Source of the DNA: Thermoanaerobaculia bacterium
Lineage (GTDB): Bacteria; Acidobacteriota; Thermoanaerobaculia; UBA5066
Direction: 5' to 3'
Assembly: GCA_963816185.1 (NCBI GenBank)
Contig: CAWFJJ010000004.1
Coordinates: 1 to 15,145 of the forward strand
DNA: 15,145 nt
The position numbers and the translations under genes were made by a program. Each line of letters starts with the position of its first letter. Positions within the stretch are counted from its first letter, which is position 1. Positions 6,319 through 13,286 of this stretch are shown piece by piece. The notes under the pieces are model-generated. The model ran no database searches and was not told the origin of the DNA. It saw nothing but the letters and a program-made list of their open reading frames with translations.

Positions 6319-8913
6319 TCAGCTCAATCCAACGCGCCGGCGCATCTGAGCGATCATCTCCTGGAGATGGGCTTCGATCCGCTGGAAGCGCGGGTCGCTT
6401 CGCAACGAATCGAGGAGCGGGCTCCGCGTGCCGAGGGGCCAGCCGCGCCAGCCGCCGTCAACGGCCTTGTCGAGCCAGCGGAAGGCCTCGTCCTTATCTC
6501 CGCGCAAGGCGTGCACGCAGGCCGTGTCGTACGGCACGCTCCAGTCCTCGTTGCCTTCGTCGTCGGCCCGGCGGTCCGTCGCGAGGGCCTCTTCGAGGAG
6601 CGCCTCGGCTTCACCGCGCCGCCCGGTTCGAAGGAGGAGATACGCGAGATTCGTCTCGGCCCCCGCTCCGGCATTCCGGAGTCCTTGTCGTATCCCTCGG
6701 AAGGACGGGAGAACCTGCTCGAAGAGCTGGCGCGCGCGCGGCAAGTTGCCGGTCACAAGCTCCGTGATAGCTGTGGCGTTAAACACCGTGGGGTCGTTTG
6801 GAACAAGGGTTACGGCGGTGCGGGCTAGCTGCAGGGCTTCCTCGTCGCGGCGCTGCTGAAGGTAGAAGTAGATCAGGAAGAGTCTTCCCTGGCCGAGGCC
6901 GGGCTGGAGCTCCAGGCTTCGTTTCAGCCAGCGCTCGGCCTGCCTCGCATCGCCCAGCGCCGCATACACGCTGCCGACGCCGGCGGACCCGACGGCGCTG
7001 GCGGGGTCGAGCTCAAATCCCCGGAGGATCCAGGGGAGGGCCTCGTCCAGCCTTCCCAGGTGCCTGAGCACATTACCGACGTTGACTACGGCACTCGCGT
7101 AATTCGGGTTGATCTCGGCGGCTCTCCTGGTCGCGTCCAGCGATTCCCGGTATTTCCCCTTTACGTTGTAAACGAGCCCGAGCGCTTTATACCCCTCGGC
7201 AAGGTCCGAATTGAGAGCGATCGCCTTTCGGCTTACTTCCAGGCTCGTGTCCAGCCAGGATTGCGGGAACCCGAAGCGGTTGACCCGTTGCGCGTAGGCG
7301 TCTCCCAGCCCCGCGTAAGCGAGCGCGAATGAGGGGTCCAACTCCAGCGCCTTCAGGAAGAGCTCGATCGCGGTTTCGTTGTCGGCCTTGCGGTAGTGGC
7401 TGTAGAGCTCCCGGCCCTTCAGATACAGATCGTATGCGGCGAGGTTCCATGTCGGGCTCTGCTCGATCCGCTTCTTCTCCGCCGGGGAGAGAGTCGCCTC
7501 GAGGGCCGCGGCAATCCGCTGAGCGACCTCGCTCTGGATCGCGAAGACGTCCTTGAGCTCGCGGTCGTAGGTCTCTGCCCAGAGCTGCTCGTCGCTTCTG
7601 GCATCGATGAGCTGGCCCACGATCCGGACCCGATTGCCGTCCCGCCGCACACTCCCTTCGAGGACCGTGGCGACGCCGAGCTCCGAGGCAATCGTCTGGA
7701 TCGGTTTCTGAGTCCCCTTGTAGCGCATCACGGAAGTGTGCGAGATGACCTTCACATCACGGATCTTCGCGAGCTGCGTCAGGATGTCCTCGGTCATGCC
7801 GTCAGCAAAGAAGGCGTTCTCGGGATCGGGGCTCAGGTTCTGGAACGGGAGCACGGCGATAGACTTGCGGTCGAGCGCGGAAGCGCGCGGCGCGCCGGTC
7901 TTCCCGCCACGTGTCCGCCAGAGGAGCACGGCCACGAGGACGAGGAGCGCCGCCGCGACGACTCCCCCGAAACCGAGCGCCATTCGCCGGCGCCACGCGG
8001 GCTTGCGCCGGATGGTCCGCGCCCCCGAGGCGGCCGGCGAGACATCCGAAAGGGCCTCGAGGTCGAAGGCGAGATCGTGCGCCGAGTGGAACCGCTGCTC
8101 CGGATTCTTCTCGATGCAGTGCCTCACGATTCGCTCGAGACCGGGCGAGATGCTCTGATTCGTGACGGAAAGATCGGGCGGTTCTTCCCGGAGGATCGCT
8201 GACATCGTCTCGGCCGGCGAGTCGCCGCGGAACGCTCTCTGGCCCGAGAGCATCTCGTAGAGGACGGCACCGAAGGAGAAGATGTCCGACCGGCCGTCCG
8301 CCGGCTTGCCCTTCAGCTGCTCGGGTGACACGTAGCCGAGCGTGCCCATCACGACGCCGGGCTCCGTGCCCGCCGAGGCCGTCGGCAGGTTGGTCGCCGG
8401 GGCGCCCTCTTCCTGATGTGTCAGCTTCGCCAGGCCGAAGTCGAGGATCTTGAGACGGCCGTCTCTGGTGATGAAGAGGTTCTCGGGCTTCAGGTCGCGG
8501 TGCACGATCCCCTTCTCGTGCGCCGCGGCCAGGCCGTGCGCGATCTGCAAGCCAAAGTCGATCGCTTTCTTCGGCGTCAGCTTCCCGCCCGCGAGCGCCG
8601 AGCGCAGCGTCTCGCCTTCGAGGAGCTCCATGACGAGGAGGTGGCGGGACGAGGAAGGAGAAGAACCGGGGCTTTCTTCGAATGAATAGATAGCCGCGAG
8701 ATTCGGATGGTTCAGCGAGGCCAGCAGCTTCGCCTCCCGTTCGAATCTCTGCCTCCTCTCTTCACCTTCAAAGAACTCTTCCGGCAGCACCTTGATCGCG
8801 ACCTCTCTCGCGAGACGCGGGTCTCTCGCCCGGTAGACCTCGCCCATCCCGCCCGCACCGATCGGCGCGACGATCACGTAAGGGCCCAACCGCGTACCGG
8901 GAGCAAGACTCAT
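6319..8913 (-). CDS. Hanks-type Ser/Thr protein kinase with a TM segment, TolB-like domain and TPR repeats
   Basis: Kinase motifs GAGGMGEV, VAIK, HRDLKPEN, DFG, GTLGYVSPEQ and DIFSFG. Hydrophobic stretch ALGFGGVVAAALLVLVAVLLW. SIAVLPFQN...DGMTEDILTQL TolB-like domain, multiple TPRs (e.g. KALELDPSFALAYAGLG) and a C-terminal LRSDPRF motif. Confidence 0.95.
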   Translation of the reverse strand: MSLAPGTRLGPYVIVAPIGAGGMGEVYRARDPRLAREVAIKVLPEEFFEGEERRQRFEREAKLLASLNHPNLAAIYSFEESPGSSPSSSRHLLVMELLEGETLRSALAGGKLTPKKAIDFGLQIAHGLAAAHEKGIVHRDLKPENLFITRDGRLKILDFGLAKLTHQEEGAPATNLPTASAGTEPGVVMGTLGYVSPEQLKGKPADGRSDIFSFGAVLYEMLSGQRAFRGDSPAETMSAILREEPPDLSVTNQSISPGLERIVRHCIEKNPEQRFHSAHDLAFDLEALSDVSPAASGARTIRRKPAWRRRMALGFGGVVAAALLVLVAVLLWRTRGGKTGAPRASALDRKSIAVLPFQNLSPDPENAFFADGMTEDILTQLAKIRDVKVISHTSVMRYKGTQKPIQTIASELGVATVLEGSVRRDGNRVRIVGQLIDARSDEQLWAETYDRELKDVFAIQSEVAQRIAAALEATLSPAEKKRIEQSPTWNLAAYDLYLKGRELYSHYRKADNETAIELFLKALELDPSFALAYAGLGDAYAQRVNRFGFPQSWLDTSLEVSRKAIALNSDLAEGYKALGLVYNVKGKYRESLDATRRAAEINPNYASAVVNVGNVLRHLGRLDEALPWILRGFELDPASAVGSAGVGSVYAALGDARQAERWLKRSLELQPGLGQGRLFLIYFYLQQRRDEEALQLARTAVTLVPNDPTVFNATAITELVTGNLPRARQLFEQVLPSFRGIRQGLRNAGAGAETNLAYLLLRTGRRGEAEALLEEALATDRRADDEGNEDWSVPYDTACVHALRGDKDEAFRWLDKAVDGGWRGWPLGTRSPLLDSLRSDPRFQRIEAHLQEMIAQMRRRVGLS

Positions 8914-9016
8914 CGATTGAACTCGGGCGGAATGCTCGTGGATTGCGCCGGGGATTATGGGCGGTCGAGCATCGCGGAGCGAGATTCCGCGGCGCCGAGC
9001 GAGCGGCCTCGGTCAG

Positions 9017-9046
9017 TTGACACCGGAGCGGCTTCTCGGATCTGAT
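9017..9046 (+). promoter_or_regulatory. Putative sigma70-type promoter, possibly giving a leaderless CBS-gene transcript
   Basis: Perfect TTGACA (9017-9022), 18-nt spacer and a weak -10 TCTGAT (9041-9046). The ATG is 6 nt downstream and has no SD. Confidence 0.4.
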
Positions 9047-9052
9047 TCCTCA

Positions 9053-9490
9053 ATGGCGACCGCGAAGGACCTCCTGGCGTTGAAGAAGTCCCGCGAGGTC
9101 ATCACCGTCCCACCGGGCGCGTCCGTGCGGGACGCGTGCCGGCTCATGCGGGACCGCCGGATCGGCGCCGTGCTGGTCTCGGAGGGGGAGACGCTCCACG
9201 GAATCTTCACCGAACGCGACGTCGTGAACCTCGTCGTCGCGGGGGAGAAGGACCCCGCTCTCACGGTGGTCGCCAAGGTGATGACGCAGAAGGTCATGGT
9301 GGTGCAATCCGACCGCTCGGTCGAGGATATCGAGGCGATCATGCGGCAGGAGCGGGTGCGTCACGTCCCCGTGGTGGACGGGAAGACTCTCATCGGGATG
9401 ATCTCGATCGGGGACGTCAACGCCTACAACGCGGCCGAGGACCATCAGAACGTCGAATACCTGACCCAGTACATCCACGGCCGGGCCTGA
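9053..9490 (+). CDS. Stand-alone CBS-pair (Bateman domain) protein, 145 aa
   Basis: Start at MATAKDLL. Motifs IGAVLV, GIFTERDV, VAKVMT, VRHVPVVD and GMISIGDV, and the family-typical terminus YLTQYIHG. Confidence 0.9.
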   Translation: MATAKDLLALKKSREVITVPPGASVRDACRLMRDRRIGAVLVSEGETLHGIFTERDVVNLVVAGEKDPALTVVAKVMTQKVMVVQSDRSVEDIEAIMRQERVRHVPVVDGKTLIGMISIGDVNAYNAAEDHQNVEYLTQYIHGRA

Positions 9491-9499
9491 CGACGCCGC

Positions 9500-9611
9500 G
9501 TGAACTCCTGTCGCATTGCCGTGATTCCCGGAGACGGAATCGGCCAAGGAGGTCGTCCCGGAGGGGATTCGCGTGCTCGACGCGGCCGGCGCGGTCGCCG
9601 GGGCGGTCTGA
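9500..9611 (+). pseudogene. Truncated, frameshifted 5' fragment of a tartrate/D-malate dehydrogenase (DmlA/TtuC-type) gene
   Basis: Reads MNSCRIAVIPGDGIG; removing one extra C (9544/9545) continues KEVVPEGIRVLDAAGAVAGAV* (TGA 9609-9611). This matches the DmlA-type N-terminus RIAxIPGDGIGKEVxPEGIRVL. Confidence 0.85.
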
Positions 9612-9655
9612 TCCGCCTCGCGCTAGGATTGGAGCAAAGCGGAGGAGGATCAATC

Positions 9656-10573
9656 GTGAGAAAAGCTCTCCGGATCGTTCAGATTCCCGCCCTGACGTTC
9701 GCCGCTCTTGCGCTCGCGAGCTGCGCGTGGAAGAAGGACCTCGACCAGGTCAAGGCCGAGAACAAGACCCTCACCGAGGAAAAGCAGCGCTCCCAGAGGG
9801 AGCTCGGCGCGGCCGGCGCGGCGACCGCCGAGATGCAGTCCACGCTCGACGAGGTGCAGAGGAGCCTCGAGGACCTGCGCGTCAAGGAGCTCAAGGCCGT
9901 CAAGACCTCGATCGCCGTCGCCCAGGAAGGGAAGACCGCCACCGCGCAGAAGCGCGAAGAGCTGAAGACGGAGATCGAGGAGATCCGCAGCGCCGTCAAG
10001 GCGAACCTCGCAAAGCTCGAGGCCCTGCAGAAGCAGAAACGGGCCTCGGACGTGAAGGCGACGACGCTCGAGCGCCTCGTCGGCGAGCTGCGTGCCTCCC
10101 TCGAGGAGAAGGAAGCTACGATCGCCGCGCTCGAGCAGAGGACGCAGGAGCTGACGAAGACGACGGAAGAGCTGAAGAGCACCGTGAAGGAGAAAGAGGC
10201 GGTCGTGCAGGAGAAGGAGGCCGCCATCGCGGACCGCGAGACGCAGTTGTCGACCGCCTACATTCTCATCGCGACGCAGAAAGAGCTGAAGAAGGCCGGC
10301 CTCGTCGAGAAGAAGGGCTCCGTGCTCGGCCTCGGAGGAAACTGGCAGAGGACCGGCCAGTTCGACGAGACGCTCTTCAAGCAGATCGACACGCGCAAGG
10401 ACACGGAGTTCGCCGTCGCCGCCGCCAAGGACAAGGCGCGGGTCCTCTCGGATCACCCGAAGGACAGCTACACGCTCTCGGCGGTGGGCCCGAAGGCGAG
10501 CACCCTGACCGTGACCGACGCGGCGCGCTTCTGGAAGGGCAGCAAGTACCTCGTCGTCATGCTCCCGGACTGA
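9656..10573 (+). CDS. Coiled-coil lipoprotein, Cbp1 (collagen-binding adhesin)-like, 305 aa
   Basis: Strong SD GGAGGAGG before GTG 9656, signal peptide with lipobox LASC, and a long heptad-rich region. The C-terminal domain AYILIATQKELKKAGL...FKQIDTR...HPKDSY...FWKGSKYLVV resembles the Bacteroidota Cbp1 family (recalled, not searched). Confidence 0.75.
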   Translation: MRKALRIVQIPALTFAALALASCAWKKDLDQVKAENKTLTEEKQRSQRELGAAGAATAEMQSTLDEVQRSLEDLRVKELKAVKTSIAVAQEGKTATAQKREELKTEIEEIRSAVKANLAKLEALQKQKRASDVKATTLERLVGELRASLEEKEATIAALEQRTQELTKTTEELKSTVKEKEAVVQEKEAAIADRETQLSTAYILIATQKELKKAGLVEKKGSVLGLGGNWQRTGQFDETLFKQIDTRKDTEFAVAAAKDKARVLSDHPKDSYTLSAVGPKASTLTVTDAARFWKGSKYLVVMLPD

Positions 10574-10607
10574 GGACGCTCACTCCGGCTGACGAACGCT
10601 CGATCCG

Positions 10608-11165
10608 TCAGGGTTTCGCGGCAAAGAAGGAGTAACGGGCCCGGTAGGGGACGCGGGCCTCCTTGCCCGATTGCGCCTTGTCGCAACCCTCGGCAGGGGC
10701 CTTCCCGCCGACGGTGGACAACCGCTGAATGCTGAGGATCCGGCCGAAAACGCCTTTCCCGGACGTGGACTTCGCGCTCAGCAGCAGCCACGGAATGGCG
10801 TTCGCGTCCGATCCGCCATCTTTGGCCACGACTTCGCCGACCACCTTGCTTCCGTCAAAGGATTCCCAGGTCGGACCCGCGTAGTGCTTGCCGATCTTCT
10901 TGCCCTTACCATCCCAGAGATCGGCCTCAGGAGCCTTGAAGACCCATTCGAACCGCGCCGGATCGGCCTTGCTGGCGCTGCACGTGTAGATCTGCACGCC
11001 GGCGGCATGCGCCTCGAGCGCCAACGTCTGGGTCGCGGGAACTTTGAGACTCTCGGGAACTGCGGAAGCCGTTCCCGTTTCGGGGGAGGCGTACGCGCCA
11101 GACGCGCAGCTTCCGACGGCCATCAGGAGGACCAGGAAGGCGGGACGCGGCGGAGTGACGAGCAT
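10608..11165 (-). CDS. Exported DUF3455 domain protein
   Basis: Motifs GVQIYTC, WVFKAPEADL, IGKHYAGPTWE, IPWLLL, IQRLSTVGGKAP and VPYRARYSF. Hydrophobic N-terminus ending in VGSC (possible lipoprotein). SD GAGGTG and a -10-like TAAAAT (11183-11188) lie upstream. Confidence 0.85.
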   Translation of the reverse strand: MLVTPPRPAFLVLLMAVGSCASGAYASPETGTASAVPESLKVPATQTLALEAHAAGVQIYTCSASKADPARFEWVFKAPEADLWDGKGKKIGKHYAGPTWESFDGSKVVGEVVAKDGGSDANAIPWLLLSAKSTSGKGVFGRILSIQRLSTVGGKAPAEGCDKAQSGKEARVPYRARYSFFAAKP

Positions 11166-11226
11166 GCCTGCACCTCGGCACGATTTTAGCCCGAGGTTTC
11201 CCCGGCCCTTTCCCGCTCTCTTCCGA

Positions 11227-12717
11227 TCAGAGCTCGTCGAACGCGCGCTCGATGCGCTTGCAGATGGTCTTGAGCACCTTGACGCGCGCGAATTTCTTGT
11301 CGTTCGCTTCCACGAGCGTCCAGGGGGCGCTGCCCGTCGACGTGCGCTCGATCATGTCGGCGGCGGCCGACTGGTAGAGGTCCCATTTCCCGCGGTTGCG
11401 CCAGTCTTCGGGCGTGATCTTGAAGCGTTTGAAGCGCATACGCTCGCGCTCCTTGAAGCGCCGGAGCTGCTCCTCGCGTGAGATCTGCAGCCAGAACTTG
11501 CACACCACGATGCTCGAGCGCTCGAGCTGCTCCTCGAAATCGTTGATCTCCGCGTAGGCGCGCATCCAGTCGGCCTCCGCGCAGAACCCCTCGATGCGCT
11601 CGACGAGCACGCGCCCGTACCAGGTGCGGTCGTAGATCGTGACCCGGCCTTTGCGCGGCAGGTGGCGCCAGAAGCGCCACAGATAGGGCTGAGCGCGCTC
11701 CTCGTCGCTGGGCGCGGCCACCGGGATCACGTTGTAGTGGCGCGCATCGAGGCCGGCGGTGACACGGCGAATCGTGCTCCCCTTGCCCGCCGCGTCCATG
11801 CCCTCGAACGCCAGCGCGACCGAGAGCCGCGGAAACTTCGCGTCGCGCGCGAGACGGTTGAGGCGCCCCTGCCAAGCCGAGAGCTCGGTCTTGTACGTCT
11901 TTTCGGTGAGGCCCCTGGACAGATCGAGCTCGCTCAGCACGTCCCGCCTGTCGATCGGGCGGACGATCGGCGCCGTCTTCGAAACCTCTCGAGCGCGCTC
12001 GGCCGGAGCGTCGAGGCGCTTCTTCATCGCTCCGAGCAGCGCCTTGCCGACCGTGAGGGAGCGGTACGGCGGGTCCGCGCCCTCGACCACGATCCACGGC
12101 GCGTCCGCCGTGCTGGTCGCTCGTAGCGTTTCCCCGGAGATCCGGTAGAAGCGGTCGTATCTCTTGAAGAAGTCCCAGTCGCGTTTGGTCACGCGCCAGC
12201 GCGTCTCGGGATCGGACGCGAGGGCCTTCAGACGTCTTCTCTGCGCCTCCCTGGACAGGTGAAACCAGAACTTGAGGATCAGCGCGCCCTCGTCGGCGAG
12301 CATCCTCTCGAACCGGTTGATCTCCTCGATCGACTGCAGCAGGTCGGAGCGGCCGGTGTTCCGGAAGACGCGGTCGATGATCGGCGCCGTGTACCAGGAC
12401 CCGAACAGGATGCCGATCTTTCCCTTCGGCGGCAGGGCGCGCCAATAGCGCCACATCGGCGGCCGGTCGCGCTCCTCGTCTGAAGGGGTGTCGAAGGCGT
12501 GCGTGAGGATGTGGCGCGGGTCCATCCACTCGTTGAGGACGTTGACGGTCTCGCCCTTGCCCGCCCCGCGCACCCCGGAGATCAGGATGATCAGCGGGAA
12601 CGTCCCGTTCTCTTTCAGGCGGTATTGGGCGTCCAGCAAGTCGGACCGCAGCTTCGGCACGGCGCGATGAAAGACGGTCTTCGCGACGGTATGACCAAGC
12701 TCCGCGGTTTCGAACAC
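11227..12717 (-). CDS. pap: Polyphosphate:AMP phosphotransferase (two-domain class II PPK2)
   Basis: Two PPK2 domains. The N-domain has GVRGAGKG and a degenerate Walker B (FGSWY); the C-domain has EGMDAAGKG, YDRTWYGRVL and FKITPEDWRNR. Start GTG 12717 (MFETAELGH) fits an SD GAGGG; GTG 12723 is an alternative. Confidence 0.93.
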   Translation of the reverse strand: MFETAELGHTVAKTVFHRAVPKLRSDLLDAQYRLKENGTFPLIILISGVRGAGKGETVNVLNEWMDPRHILTHAFDTPSDEERDRPPMWRYWRALPPKGKIGILFGSWYTAPIIDRVFRNTGRSDLLQSIEEINRFERMLADEGALILKFWFHLSREAQRRRLKALASDPETRWRVTKRDWDFFKRYDRFYRISGETLRATSTADAPWIVVEGADPPYRSLTVGKALLGAMKKRLDAPAERAREVSKTAPIVRPIDRRDVLSELDLSRGLTEKTYKTELSAWQGRLNRLARDAKFPRLSVALAFEGMDAAGKGSTIRRVTAGLDARHYNVIPVAAPSDEERAQPYLWRFWRHLPRKGRVTIYDRTWYGRVLVERIEGFCAEADWMRAYAEINDFEEQLERSSIVVCKFWLQISREEQLRRFKERERMRFKRFKITPEDWRNRGKWDLYQSAAADMIERTSTGSAPWTLVEANDKKFARVKVLKTICKRIERAFDEL

Positions 12718-12898
12718 GCGCACCCCTCAGCGCATCGCTTCTATTAGACCCAGTCTACTCGCGAGCGCGATGGCAGCTTCAGCCGGCCTGCACGGTTTCG
12801 TGCGCGGGCCTACCCCATGTGGTTTCCGAAGAGCACCCGAGGAGGCGCCCCGACGTGCCATCGGGTTGCAGGCCAACGCGATCGGCTGTTCCGCGCCG

Positions 12899-12913
12899 TG
12901 GCACCGCGATTGA
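12899..12913 (+). promoter_or_regulatory. Putative sigma54 (-24/-12) promoter upstream of the cytochrome c gene
   Basis: TGGCAC-CGCGA-TTGA versus consensus TGGCAC-N5-TTGC: one mismatch at the -12 C, correct spacing, about 40 nt before the ATG. Confidence 0.55.
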
Positions 12914-12952
12914 ACGGAAGACGAGGAAGCCCGGTTACGGGCAGGAGGAAAA

Positions 12953-13210
12953 ATGAAGAAGACCACCACCGCCGTCGTCGCCACCCTCGCCGCGGTCGCC
13001 CTCGGCAGCGCGGCCCTTGCCACCATGGACATCCAGAAGGAGTACAAGGCCAAGGACGCGAAGGCCAACTGCGCCACCTGCCACGTCGCGAAGATGCCGA
13101 AGAAGGACGCCGCCGAGCTCAACGACTTCGGCAAGACCGTCAAGGCCGCCAAGGGCAAGGACGGAAAGGTCGACTGGTCGAAGGTCAAGGCCCCCGAAGC
13201 GAAGAAGTGA
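12953..13210 (+). CDS. Small secreted monoheme c-type cytochrome
   Basis: SD AGGAGG (12943-12948), Sec signal peptide ending ALA, a single CATCH heme-attachment motif and strongly GC-biased third codon positions. Confidence 0.85.
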   Translation: MKKTTTAVVATLAAVALGSAALATMDIQKEYKAKDAKANCATCHVAKMPKKDAAELNDFGKTVKAAKGKDGKVDWSKVKAPEAKK

Positions 13211-13245
13211 AATTTCCTCCCCTGGCGGCCGCACGGCGGCTGTCG

Positions 13246-13281
13246 CGCCCCCGGATCCAAATCCGGGGGCGTTTTCGTTTC
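13246..13281 (+). terminator. Rho-independent terminator after the cytochrome c gene
   Basis: Perfect 11-bp stem CGCCCCCGGAT/ATCCGGGGGCG with a CCAA loop, followed by TTTTCGTTTC. Located between convergent genes. Confidence 0.85.
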
Positions 13282-13286
13282 GTGCG

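Noticed and set aside
2971-9611. Classical integron, IS or prophage-type mobile element
   Set aside because: I found no integrase or transposase, attC-like sites, terminal inverted repeats or short target-site duplications.
11172-11197. Inverted repeat ACCTCGG...CCGAGGT as a pap terminator
   Set aside because: The stem is only 7 bp with a 12-nt loop and there is no U-tract on the minus strand. It overlaps the DUF3455 -10 and SD, so its role is unclear.
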